Origin: Octopus sinensis
Lineage: Eukaryota
Assembly (NCBI RefSeq): GCF_006345805.1
Contig: NC_042999.1
Span: forward strand, 144,832,001-144,896,000
Length of the DNA stretch: 64,000 nt
Direction: 5' to 3'
Part shown: positions 13,665 to 26,388 of the stretch, piece after piece
How the letters are laid out: each line of letters begins with the position of its first letter
Position numbering within the stretch: the first letter of the stretch is position 1
Notes under the pieces: model-generated
Told to the model about the DNA's origin: nothing
The model's input: only the letters and a program-made list of their open reading frames with translations
The model's database searches: none
Position numbers and translations under genes: made by a program

Positions 13665-14446
13665 TTAAATTAATTTCACAAGGAGTAGTAGACAGATGTC
13701 GGCTTTAAGAAGCACCAACAAGTTGGAATTTCTTCGTTTTGACGGGGATTTTTCAGATTTTTTTTTCACAGTACCCTTGGAAATTACGGAAAATGATACC
13801 CCCACCCTCACCGATTTTGTGGACCTACATATGACAATTATTTTAGGTACTATGCACTTAAAAACTATAGAAGCATTTTCAGTTAGAAAACGCAAATATT
13901 TTCAGATGAAAAGGTGTGTAGTTATGTCTTGTCTAATGGTGTCACATACAACTATCACACAATCCCAGTTTTCAAATCCTATTTTCTGATAGGGTAAAAA
14001 TAATCAATCTTTAAATATCTGTAACATTTTTCTAAAATTTTTCTGAAACAAGTGAATAACAAAATCAGAGTGTGTGTCAAAAATTACATCAATGTACAAG
14101 GTTTGACAAGTTTCACTTAATTTTAAAATTTCAAAACCTATAGGTGAAACAGAAAAGATCCATAGAAAGAGAGGTGGGTGGAAGAAGGAAAAAAAAGGAT
14201 TTGATAGTAATGAGGTGGTGATTATATATCAAAGTGAACGGGGTAATTATAGTGATAGAAAAAGAGTTGCTTGTGTGATTGTTCCTGTACAAGAGTACAT
14301 TGTATAGGAACCAAACATGTTCAAAGAATTACTTTATTTTCATTTTCATATTTGATTCCTAGCTAGCTCCACACAAAAAAGAAAGAAACAATTTACGAGC
14401 AACGAAAGATAAATTTTAAACATAATCGTACAACTAATATTATAAA

Positions 14447-14623
14447 TGTTGTGTCCGGGGAAAGTCATTCTCTTTTAGTGCCTTATAATTTAACACACTT
14501 ACCGAAAAGGTTGCAAGACGCAACAAAAATTTTAGAAAAATAAAAAAGAAATAAGTGGAAATTTTATCAATGAGTGTGTTACATTATAAGGCACTAAAAG
14601 AGAATGACTTTCCCCAGACAACA
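14447..14623. mobile_element. MITE with ~50-bp TIRs
   Basis: 'ggggaaagtcattctcttttagtgccttataat' is mirrored by 'attataaggcactaaaagagaatgactttcccc'. Confidence 0.7.
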
Positions 14624-14885
14624 GAATATACTTCAACACACGAACTCACATAAAGAAACTTGCAAACCAAATCCAAAAACGAAATAATATTATAAATATT
14701 ACTGATGACCAATACAATATTTAAACTTTACATGCCATTTGTCATTATACTGCTGGGCTATGTTTTGTTTTATGATCTAGAAAGTGAAACTAGTGAACTC
14801 AATAGCAATCATAATTTGATGGAAACTCATTCGTGAAATGCTTTCTGAGACACAAAACGAAGCATAGCGGATAAACAGATCTTTT

Positions 14886-15680
14886 CCCTTTGAACGGCAG
14901 ATCAAGAAATTAATTTTTTGTAACTAAACACTTTCAAACTTCGGACACTGGTAGAATGTGTCATATAAAACATCTTTTACTCTTAGCGTTTTTGAGAAAA
15001 GTTTATATTTACAAAGTTATTTCGTGTTAAACTTGTCGTATTTCAGTAATTTCAACCAATCAATGACATGTATTCAGCTGAATAAAATTACTGCCGTTGT
15101 TTGTCAACAACTATCGGCAGTGTATATTTCGTTTGTCACTATTATTTATGACATCGTTTGTGCATTTCTACTGGTTTTAGCTTTAAGGTTTTAGGGTTAG
15201 GGTTACAGTTACAGAAAAAAATGAAAAATGAAGAAATTGGAGGAATTGGGGTGGGGGTGGGGGCAAAAAAGTATTTGCGAAAATAGTAGCTGAAAAACAG
15301 GAAAAAAAAACTAAAAGCAGTAGAAATGCCCGAACGATTATGGTGGTGCCATGAAGTAAACATGCTTCAGATATACTCGTTTATTCATACAAACGTAATT
15401 GAGATGAAATATGTTATAAATAACAGTGACAAACGAAATATACACCACCAGAAGTTGTTGTTGACAAACAGCAGTAATTGTATTCAGGCTGAATACACAT
15501 CATTGATCGGTTGAAATTACCTAAATACGACAACTTTAACACGAAATAACTTCGTAAATATAAACTTTTCTCAAAAACGCTAAGAGTAAAAGATGTTTTA
15601 TATGACACATTCAACCAGTATATGAAGTTTGAAAGTGTTTAGTTACAAAAAATTATTTTCTAAATCTGCCGGTCAAAAGG
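14886..15680. mobile_element. Foldback/MITE with ~265-bp inverted arms
   Basis: 14886-15152 is the reverse complement of 15412-15680 with scattered mismatches. ORFs 14958+ and 15414- give near-identical peptides. The spacer contains ttagggttagggttacag. Confidence 0.8.
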
Positions 15681-16639
15681 TATGGCAGCACGTTTCGATG
15701 GAAAACTTGCATAAGATTCTTCCTTCTTTGAGTTTCACATCCCATTGCCTCGCCTTATATTGGTGGGCAACAGTTGACAGCAAACAATACGTTGTTATAG
15801 AATAGGTCACTGTCACTAGCAGGGTTTGTAAAAACTTAATTACAATACATTGGTCCAATTAATTGATTGGTGTTGTACTGCCAATTAAATAATTAATTGC
15901 TATCATATCAATTAATTGCAGTTAATTGCAACATTGTCAGCAAAAGTTTTTCAAGTGGCTCATACTTCATTCAACATTCTATTATTATTTGAGGTATTGT
16001 GTTGACGCTTTGTTCTGACTGCTGAGAATAATTCATACATTGTCGTGTTTGAGAATTGGCTATTGTGTATGTTGTCAAATAATCGCTGTCGAGTGATTCT
16101 TGGTTCTGACTGATGAGAATGATTCACACATTCTGTCTTCACACATTCTGTCTTCAAGTCATTATATCGTAATTTCGCCTGCAACACAGTTGCATCTTGA
16201 ATTCCACTCCAATATGTAACACGTTAGCCACAAAGATCTTAGTTTTTGTTTTGAAATTCAGAATCCATAAAGTACTTCAAAAACACAGTAACAATTATTC
16301 TCACTCCAGTATTTTGTAAATATTATACACATGGACAAAACTTGAATTATCTTTAAACTTTTACAAGTGCACCTTTATAAAAATTAGTGGTAACGAAGTC
16401 TGGACAGGAGAGAGAAAGAATGATACAAAATCCTTATAAAAATCACGTTAGTGTCTCTGTGTGTGTGAAACAAAGTATTATATTAAAACAAAATATCTTT
16501 TCCATACCTCTTAAAAATCACTAGTTTTCAAATGGTATCCAATGTTTTCACTTTCCTTTAGCAATTTTTCTTACCGAAATTTTAATCGGATAAATACGTT
16601 TCAATTTTGTGAGGAGAGAGGGTGAGAGAGATACACACA

Positions 16640-16970
16640 TGTGGTTAGGGCAGCGAAGTCGCGTTCGAAGGATCGCGGTTTCGATTCCCAGACCAGGCGT
16701 TGTGAGTGTTTATTGAGCGAAAACACCTAAAGCTCCTCGAGGTTCTGACAGGAGGTGGTGGCGAACCCTGCTGTACTCTTTTACTACAACTTTTTCTCAC
16801 TTTCTTCCTGTTTCTGTTGTACCTGTGTCACGCTGAATCTCCCCGAGAATTACATTAAGGATACACATGTCTGTGGAGTGCTCAGTCACTTGCACATTAA
16901 TTTCACGAGCAGGCTTTCGGTTGATCGAATCATCTGAAGCCCTCATCGTCGTAACCGACAGAGTGCCACA
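16640..16970 (+). mobile_element. tRNA-derived SINE (second family)
   Basis: 'ggttagggcagcg...ggtttcgattcccagacc' A/B-box-like head followed by a SINE body. Confidence 0.6.
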
Positions 16971-17806
16971 ATACTTTGTGTAGCTAAACTTCCAATGTCA
17001 TGTGTCAAATGAAGCGAGTGAGTGATTTCATATATCTCTTATTATAAAAGGCAGATTTTATCTGCCTCCCTTTGGGAGTTATACAAATCTACAATATAGG
17101 ATTTCTTCAATTACAATTTACCTAGCAGTTTTAAGAGTACAATGCATTGCGTCATGCCAGGTCCAGTTTTAAAACTCCAATCAAGCAAAATTTACAGAAA
17201 ACTCACATTCTGGTGTGTGTGTCAAATGCTTTTCTTAGTCTGGTTTACACCACACGCAAACGCACACACACAGTGGGCAACGAATAAAATGAAAGTAAAT
17301 GTAATATTTGTTTCTGTCTATCACGCTGATAGATACATGAGTAAAATGTATGGGAAGCTAACAGATAACAGTGAGTGAAAATGTTCTTGGAAGAGAGTAA
17401 ATTAGCGACAGTGATTTGAGGAAGACTAAACTGAAACTATGAAACAGTGTTTATGTATAAACAGACGACACTTATATAAACCCTTTCGTTACCAAACCGC
17501 CCGAATTTACCTATTCATATTTAAATGAGAATATCAGAGTAAATCTCTTTAGTACATTCGTGAAAACACGTATCATACTTCGTAAACACTTCAAATACAG
17601 TTTTGTACAAAAATCGAAGTGTAATTTTAATTCCGTGAATTATGGGAGATTTTTTTCCGAAATTTGTTCCTATTGTGTTTTCAAAATTTGTAATTCTGAC
17701 AAAAAATGGATACGAATTTCATTATATCAAGCAGCGAGTCAGAATTCGAAGGATTTTCTACTGAAGACCTTCATAAATCTAACTCTATGACTGAAAAAAA
17801 AAAGCA

Positions 17807-18200
17807 TCTTTATATAAGAGTGAAGTTGTGTGTCTGTCCCCTTCGATTTACATTCGTAATTACTCCCACATTTTGCGGTGCAGTTTAACCAAAAGCGGGT
17901 ATCTTATAGTCGTGATTCATATCGAGCCCTTCTGGGTATTAGCGCGCGTCTACGATGAGTCTACGATTTAAAAAAAATTTACCATCATATTTTTCCATTT
18001 TAATGCATTTTTTTCGCTTTTATATAAGGGAAGTAACTCTCTAAAAATATCTACGATGTGTCAACGATTTAAAAAAAATTTACCTTAATTTTTTTTCAAT
18101 TTTTAATGCATTTTTTTGCTATTTTTTGGCTATAACTCTCTAAAAATGCTTATATAGTTATTTCCCTTACAACCCGAGCAACGCCGGGCGATACTGCTAG
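17807..18200 (+). mobile_element. Non-autonomous Helitron
   Basis: Inserted between A and T. The 5' end is TC(tttatataagagtgaagttgtgtgtctgtc) and the 3' end has a GC hairpin cccgagcaacgccggg followed by CTAG|T. Confidence 0.75.
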
Positions 18201-19194
18201 TATATATATATATACTGAACCCTTCAAAGGGTGTTTAGCATCCAAGTTCCTGGGGAAAAGCCTAATTTGTGATTTCAAAAGGATTATATTTTTCTCAAAG
18301 TTATAAGGGAAAAACTCAGATCTTGTGAATTTTCTGTAACAGGAAAATTTGCTTTCCACGCATTATTGCTTTCAGATTCGTTTCCTTCGTGGGGGTGAAG
18401 TAGAAAGTTATCCATTTTGGCTAGACTTCCTTTTGTACCCACAAAAAAACACCCCATTTTTATTTTATTTTTTTTTCTACACAAACCCCTGTTTTCAGTT
18501 ATGGAGAATACGAATCTGCAAAAAAATTGGCAAAAATTGGCATTTTAAAATTATCCCTCCCACTACTTACTTCATTTTAAATATTTTCAGAAATTCTTCT
18601 TTTTTCAAAATATGCTGGAAAATACGGAAATTATGATTCTGAAAAAAATTTCCCAAAATTTTTGTAGTTAGGGTTTTAGGGTTACAGTTAGGGAAAAAAA
18701 GTGAAAAATGGGGGGCAGATTTCAAAATGTCGATTTTTGGCAATTTTCCGGAATCCCCGTACCCGAAAACGGGGGTTTTGGGCAAAAAAAAAGGTGGGGG
18801 GGAGAAAATGGGGGAAGGGAGTCTTTCCTCCGTTTTCCTCAAAGTTACGAGGGAAAAACATCGATCTTGTGAATTTTCCGAAGTCCTCTCCTCACCCTCT
18901 CGGAAAAGATTTTCCCCCACAAATTTCCTTAGAATCGTATTCTATACCGTTTGAAAGGTATTTATATAAAATTTCATAAAAAAAAAACATTTTTCTAAAA
19001 GTTATGAGGGAAAACATCGGATCTTGTGAATGGAATTTCCGAAGGTTTCTCCCCATCTCCAATTGCTCTCCACACATTTTTATTTTCAGATTCGTTTTCT
19101 ACACCACTTTTTACACCCGATGCTCTATTTTTTTTTTTTTCGATTTCGATTCTGGGTAATAATGCCAACATTAACCCTTTATATAATCTAGCCG

Positions 19195-19575
19195 TGTAAT
19201 AGGTGTGAAAAAAAAACGTGTAAGAAAACGAATATAAAAACAAAAATTTGTGTCAACAAACGGGAGGACTTTCGGAAAATTCACATGATCCGATTTTTTT
19301 CCCCACATAACTTTTAATGGATACCTTTTAAAGAAATTCTGTATAAATATCTTTCAAACGGCATAGGTCACGATTATAAAGAAATTTCCCCATAAATTTC
19401 TTTATAATCGTAATCTATGCCGTTTGTAAAATTTCACTGAAGGATATCCATTTTCGTAAAGGTTATGAGGGAAAAAATCGGATCTTGTGAATTTTCCGAA
19501 AGTCCTCCCTCTGTTTACTGGTGCAAATTTTTGTTTTCATTTTCGTTTAATACGCATTTTTTTACACCTATTACA
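19195..19575. repeat. Imperfect ~380-bp palindrome (foldback-type element)
   Basis: Ends tgtaataggtg / cacctattaca. 'gggaggactttcggaaaattcacatgatccgattttt' is mirrored by 'aaaaatcggatcttgtgaattttccgaaagtcctccc', with the centre near 19390. Confidence 0.7.
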
Positions 19576-20153
19576 TTTGTTTCTTTTTTCTTTTTAGGTG
19601 GCCGGGTGTTAAGTAAACATTAACCCGGCATTCTACTGGGGCGGAGGTAAAGAATACGCACACCACCCGTTTTCTGCTTAACAAAAACCCTAACCCTAAG
19701 TATCAGGTGTGCGTATTCTTTACCTTCGACTCTACTGGTTACTGTTTACTTCGATTTTTTGATAATTACCGTATTTGACAACATATAAGATGCACCCCTA
19801 TTTTACAAAAAAAGTTTTGGGGCTGGTTTCATCATAGAGTTATTTAATGAGATTTTAAAGTGGTTTTGTAGAATAAAATGTATGATTCTGAATATGTAAA
19901 TACATGATTATGATGGTCTACTAGAATAAAATATGAAACCATAAATTTATCATAAATAAATTACGGTTATGGGCATACCGTACTTCAACTTCTTTCCGAT
20001 CAACTGCATAGTTGTTTATATTTTGTTCAATAGAGTTGCGACGCAGGATGTGAAACTAGTATTTCTGGTTGTTTTCAACTAGCAATAACCACGCCTACGA
20101 TAACCCTCATTGCCTATGGTACCGCCTCTGCGCGTGATGGTATAAGTAATAAA

Positions 20154-20388
20154 GGCGGCGAGCTGGCAGAAACGTTAGCACGCCGGGCGAAATGCGTAGC
20201 CGTATTTCGTCTGTCGTTACGTTGTGAGTTCAAATTCCGCCGAGGTCGACTTTGCCTTTCAACTTTCGGGGTCGATAAATTAAGTACCAGTTACGCACTG
20301 GGCTCGATGTAATCGACTTAATACCTATGTCTGTCCTTGTTTGTCCCCCTCTGTGTTTAGCCCCTTGTGGGTAATAAAGAAATAGGTA
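20154..20388 (+). mobile_element. tRNA-derived SINE (third family, CORE-like)
   Basis: 'ggcggcgagctggcagaaacgttagc...gagttcaaattccgccgaggtcgactttgcctttc...ggggtcgataaattaagtaccag'. Confidence 0.7.
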
Positions 20389-20729
20389 TAAGTAATTTCT
20401 ATTGGTTTTTAGGACAGTGCACCACTGCTATGGCCTTGTTGCCATAGCAGTGGTGCACTACTTGTGATTATGGTTCGTAAAAAATATGCTTTTACGAGTC
20501 TGAAAAAAAAAATCTTTCGAAAAAGCTTAAAACTGAAAATTTACAGGGAAAGGGTAGTATAGGAACACCACCATCTCTACCCCACCTCCATTTTTTTTCT
20601 TTCCAGATTTGCAATCTATGAGAATTTTTAAAAAGTACGATTTTTAGTGCACAAGTCACTTTCTGAATCTATTCTTTGAAAAAAATCAAAGCAAAAAACG
20701 TCATGGCTCTATTTAGGGCCTTCAAAACC

Positions 20730-21430
20730 AACTATCACAGTCGAAGTGGAACCCCTGAAGGTTTTTGGTAAGTTCACAGCAGCACTCTACACAGCTGTGA
20801 ACATTGACAATGAAGTTGACACACGAATCGCCAAGGGAAAATCAGCATTCGGGTGGCTAGGTGAATCAGTGTGGGAGAGGAAAGACATTAAGGCTGGCTA
20901 CCAAGTTGAAGGTGTACCAAACAGTTGTATTGCCAATGCTGCTATACGCCCGCAAGACTAAGATGGTTTACGAACGTCACGCCAAAAAATTAAACTGCTC
21001 TCCCACATAAACTACTTGAGAAAGCTGCTGAAAAATCACCCGGCAAGGCAAGGTTCCAGACACAGAGATCCTTTCTCGAGCTGATCTGTCAAGTATTTAC
21101 ACACTGCTGAACAGAGCGCAAGTCAGGTGGGCACGCCTGTCATACGACTTCCCAAGAGACTGCTTCACAGAGAACTGACGGAAGGTAAGCACATGCAAGT
21201 AGGACCGAAAAAGCGTTTCAAAGATATGTCCAAAGCCTCACTGAAGAGCTTTGAGATCAACCCAGACACCTTGGAAACGCTAGCACAAGACCGCCCTGCC
21301 TGGTGAAGCTGCACCAACAGAGGTGAACAGAACAGTATTGCAGAGGCACAAAGAAAACGGGAACTATGCAAGCCCAGAGCCAACTTGCCTTCAGTCCCAA
21401 TACCCAACCCGCTCCTTTTAAGCTGCCCCC
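20730..21430 (+). mobile_element. RTE (BovB-like) LINE, 3' ORF fragment
   Basis: Frameshifted translation: AVNIDNEVDTRIAKGKSAFG.L.ESVWERK...GELTEGK...PKKRFKDMSKASLKSFEINPDTLETLAQDRPAW. Confidence 0.8.
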
Positions 21431-22084
21431 AGATTTGGGTGAATGTTGTTTCATATACTACTTTTACTTTCACTTCAAATTTTAGCCGAGTTCAATTTGT
21501 GGCAAAACTACAGATTAGAGTCCCCTCTTTCGACATTTTTTTAAATACTTAATTTCTTTAATGTATATTTTTTTAATGAAATTTAAGAGAAATACGATAT
21601 TTTCGATTTCATACACCAGATCTGAATTCTTTGAAAACAAGACGATTTAGTTTTAATTTCTCAAAAAAAAAACAAAAAGCAATTATGATTTTCGTAATTA
21701 GCATGAAAAACTATTTCGGTGCAGAGATTTTCAAAAACATTTGTGGGGGTCTAAATTACGATAATGCTGATTTTTTTAATTACTTTTTTTCTAGTTAAAA
21801 AGATGTTTTGGTCAGTTAGCATCTGAACCACTCGACCTTATGTTCCTAAGATTCATATCTACATCTTTATCTGTATATTTACCTTCCCTAAGATGTTATT
21901 AATTGATTTGAAAACTTTTATATTATTGGAAAACCTATATAAATTAGCTGAAGATTACTCAGCATCTTAAATCTGCTGTAACATTTTCACTTTCGATTTC
22001 TTTGAAAAGTAACATTTTCACTTTGCTCAGAACATTCAAAGTAAAACTAGTGACAAATCACTGCAATAATTTACATAATAGATT

Positions 22085-22152
<68 letters not shown>

Positions 22153-22154
22153 TA

Positions 22155-22188
<34 letters not shown>

Positions 22189-22283
22189 CATCTATGTATA
22201 TGTGTGTGTATATATATATATATATATATACATCTATGATCTATGTATATGTATATATATATATATATACATCTATGTATATA

Positions 22284-22998
22284 TCATCATCATCATCATC
22301 ATCATTTAGCGTCCGTTTTCCATGCTAGCATGGGTTGGACGGTTCTACTGGGGTCTGTGAAGCCAGAAGGCTTCATCAGGCCCAGTCAAATCTGGCAGTG
22401 TTTCTACGGCTGGATGCCCTTCCTAACGCCAACCACTCCGTGAGTGTAGTGGGTGCTTTTTACGTGCCACCCGCACTGGTGCCAGACAGAGCTGGCAAAC
22501 GGCCACGAACGGATGGTGCTTTTTATGTGCCACCGGCACGAGGGCCAGGCGAGGCTGGCAACGGACACGAAACGGGGCGGTGCTGGCAACGGTCGCGAAA
22601 CGGAAAGTTCTCTTACATGCCACCGGCACTGGTAACACATCTGCAATTTCCATTGATCGATTTCGATTCTGATCCTCACTTGCCTCAATGGGTCTTCACA
22701 AGCAGAGTTTCGACATGCCACCGGCACTGGTAGCACATCCGCAATTTCCATTGATCGATTTCGATTCTGATCCTCACTTGCCTCAACACGTCTTCACAAG
22801 TAGAGTTTTGTGTCCCAAGAAGGGAAGGTATGCATACGTAGGCTGGCTCCATCCCATGTAGAAGGCCACGGGTTGTGGACTCACTTGTCCTGCCGGGTCT
22901 TCTCGCGCACAGCACACTTCCAGAGGTCTCGGTCTCTAGTCATTTCCTCAGTGAGACCTAAAGTTCGAAGGTCGTGCTTCACCACCTCGTCCCAGGTT
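22284..22998 (-). mobile_element. RTE LINE 3' end with (GAT)n tail
   Basis: The minus strand encodes [38 protein letters not shown] (RTE C-terminus), followed by a 3' UTR with repeated modules and a (cat)n tail on plus at 22284. Confidence 0.8.
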
Positions 22999-23000
22999 TT

Positions 23001-23035
<35 letters not shown>

Positions 23036-23036
23036 G

Positions 23037-23091
<55 letters not shown>

Positions 23092-23187
23092 GATAGATAT
23101 GTATACATATATACATCTACGTGTGTATATATACATATATACAGCTATGTATGTATACATATATATATATATATATATATACATCTA

Positions 23188-25099
23188 GGGCGTAACAAAT
23201 ATCAGAAAATCAAAAAAAAAATGTGTGTAATAGGTGTAAAACAACTTCCTATGAACGAATATGAAAAAAAAAATTCGCGCATGCGAAAGGGGGGTGGGGG
23301 AGAGGCCTCGGAAAATTCACATCGGGAAGTTCCGAAAGCGTCTGAGGGGCTGACCCGGGCACCAAAACAAAAAAAAAATAGTGTAATATGTGTAAAACAA
23401 CTTGCTCTAAACGAATATGAAAAAAAAAATGCGCTCTCGAGAAAGAGGGGTGGGGGAGAGGCCTCGGAATATTTATATCGGGAATTTCCGAAAGCGTCTG
23501 AACCGGGCACAAAAACAAAAACAAAAACAGCGTAATAGGTGTAAAACAACTTGCTCTAAACGACTATCATGACAAAAATGCGCGCTCGCGAAAGGGGGGT
23601 GGGGGAGAGGCTTCGGAAATTTCACATCTTCAGTCCACGGCCTTAAAACTAAGAAAAAATAGTGTAATTGGTGTAAAACTACTTGTTCTAAACGAGTATC
23701 AAGAACACACACTCACACATGAATCATAAACTCCGTATTTCGCAAAAAAAAAAAATAATAAAGAGAAGAAATTCTGGAAAAAGTGAAGAAATGTTGGATC
23801 TCCGCCATGTGAATCAAAATACGTGTCAGAAACATCTTGAAATACTACAGAAATTATGTTACGAAAATGATAATGTATACATACCTCTTTGAGTGGTCCA
23901 TCGATAATGATGATAAAGAAATGAGTTGGATTTGAACTCAGAATATTGACTAACACAACTACATACTACAAGACTCAAAATATTCAGCCAAGTCACCACC
24001 CTTTAACTAGCAATAATAATAACATCAATAACATAACAGCCAAAAGATTTATTTGTTCTGAAAATAACAATCATAGTAAATAAATATGTTCTTTAATATT
24101 CACATTCATGTGCACAGTTAAACACACTTACATACAAACAGTCACGCATGCATAATACAGAACGGAACACATAAATGAAGGATGCATTACTTAGTATATA
24201 TTACATCTAGAGAATTTTGATTAATAAGTCAAATATGCAAATTATAAAGATAATTAATTACTTTACTAAACAGTGTTGTAAAGGTGAAAAAATAAATTTG
24301 GGAAAAAAATACACGCCAAAACTAATTAATAAAGGATAATTAGGGAAGGATTGACACAAAATAATAATTTTTTCTGTCTCTTTTTTTCTGATAAATGCAT
24401 CTTAATAAGTGAGAAGAATTGCATATATCTGAACTATTTCAAAGAAAAGCATAAATTTAATGTTTAAAATAGCTTTAACCAAGGAATGAGATCCAACATT
24501 TCTTCACTTTTTCCAGAATTTCTTCTCTTTATTTTTTTTTTTTGCGAAATACGGAGTTTATGATTCATGTGTGAGTGTGTGTTCTTGATACTCGTTTAGA
24601 ACAAGTAGTTTTACACCAATTACACTATTTTTTCTTAGTTTAAAGGCCGTGGACTGAAGATGTGAAATTTCCGAAGCCTCTCCCCCACCCCCCTTTCGCG
24701 AGCGCGCATTTTTGTCATGATAGTCGTTTAGAGCAAGTTGTTTTACACCTATTACGCTGTTTTTGTTTTTGTTTTTGTGCCCGGTTCAGACGCTTTCGGA
24801 AATTCCCGATATAAATATTCCGAGGCCTCTCCCCCACCCCTCTTTCTCGAGAGCGCATTTTTTTTTTCATATTCGTTTAGAGCAAGTTGTTTTACACATA
24901 TTACACTATTTTTTTTTTGTTTTGGTGCCCGGGTCAGCCCCTCAGACGCTTTCGGAACTTCCCGATGTGAATTTTCCGAGGCCTCTCCCCCACCCCCCTT
25001 TCGCGTGCGCGAATTTTTTTTTTCATATTCGTTCATAGGAAGTTGTTTTACACCTATTACACACATTTTTTTTTTGATTTTCTGATATTTGTTACGCCC
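23188..25099. mobile_element. Foldback element with ~615-bp modular TIRs and TA TSD
   Basis: 23188-23802 is a near-perfect reverse complement of 24488-25099. The arms are built of ~125-bp subrepeats (gtaataggtgtaaaacaactt...ggggtgggggagaggc). Flanks are TA|gggcg...cgccc|TA, and the 685-bp AT-rich spacer has no convincing ORF. Confidence 0.85.
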
Positions 25100-25171
25100 T
25101 ATATTAACCCATCTAAGTATGTGTATATGTATACATCTATATATCTATATATATATACTTCTATGTATGTG

Positions 25172-25225
<54 letters not shown>

Positions 25226-26226
25226 AATATATACATATACATCTATATATATATGTGTGTGTCACTGAAGCCATTCATACACTCTCTCTCTCTCGCACAC
25301 CTCATCAAACACACACACACACACGGCATGCGAACTTCAAAAGAACTTTCCTGATCCAATCGCGCTCTCTCTCTATCTCTTTCGTTTTTATGCCGACTTC
25401 AAAAGATCCCCTTTCCTCCACCCCACTTTTACTCATATCGTAATTTAGTGAAAATTTTTTAAAGCGTGTAATCTTATGAAGCCGCTGAATTTGGTTGAAT
25501 CTGACCCAGACCGGACAATGACATCCTTTCCTTGGAAATAGAAGGAAGTGTTCTAAACGAGATACTTTCTTTGCAAAGTATCATGTGTTGGAATGCGCAA
25601 TGGATCCGGAGACCGCAGTAATGTATTTCCATTAATGAGCTTTAAAACCAGTAGAAACTGGGTTTCTCAACTTTCAATTTCATAACTAAAACGGATCTGA
25701 AATTTTCGGAGGGGCTCAAGATAGAATTTCGTTCTTGTATTATAAATAAATAATACTAATTATTCTCAATCAGAAATTTATGAAGAAATACTAGTCAAAA
25801 GTGAAAAACAAGTAAATCTTTTTCTACAAGCTAATATTCCTTCACTTTCAGTTTTAATTGCACAAACAATATGCACGCATACATTCTCGGTTCTCGGAAC
25901 CGAGCTAAAAACAACAATAAAATGCATTAAAATAAAGAACTTGCATCAAAATTAGGGTGTACAACGAAAGTAAATAAAGCAGAATTTACATTTTGGTTGA
26001 AAAACTTTTTTTTTTAAATAATAAAAGTTTACAAAATTCAATGATTTAGAAAGTTTTGTTTACATTTTTTTTACGGAAATGAAATTTTCGTTGAATGACT
26101 TGTACTTTAAAATCGAACAGGCATACTTCTTTAGGGCTTGTTAGTCAAAAATTTTAGCACTGAAGTTGATATAATTACATATAACAATTATAAAGTTGTA
26201 AATAAAAGTTGTTAAAAATATCTTAC

Positions 26227-26388
26227 TTGTGAACAAGAAGAGCGAACATCGGATATTTCACCAGCGAGAGTATATTCTGTGCATGTTGAAACTATTTTTT
26301 TAGCTAACATTTCCATTGAAGGATGAGCATAAAGCAAAACAGGTGGCAAAACTGTCTGGCTTCCAATTTTACCTTTTTCTGATTCCAT
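26227..26388 (-). CDS. Class II ribose-phosphate pyrophosphokinase (PRS3/PRS4-like), first coding exon
   Basis: ATG at 26388 and 162 nt encoding MESEKGKIGSQTVLPPVLLYAHPSMEMLAKKIVSTCTEYTLAGEISDVRSSCSQ, then a |gtaag donor in phase 0. 'LLYAHPSMEMLAKKI' corresponds to the PRS N-terminal strand-helix. It joins exon 1687-1561 in frame. Confidence 0.75.

Noticed and set aside
17035-20064. Possible larger Helitron (TC start at ~17035, CTAG at ~20060)
   Set aside because: The terminal hairpin is weak and the two ends cannot be linked confidently through nested inserts.
22810-23549. Long ORFs (241 aa, 115 aa) in the track
   Set aside because: Translations of (TA)n microsatellites and foldback arms; not protein-like.
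23188-23802. Regular subrepeats suggesting a CRISPR-like array
   Set aside because: Eukaryotic context, no unique spacers, and the subrepeats are part of a TIR.
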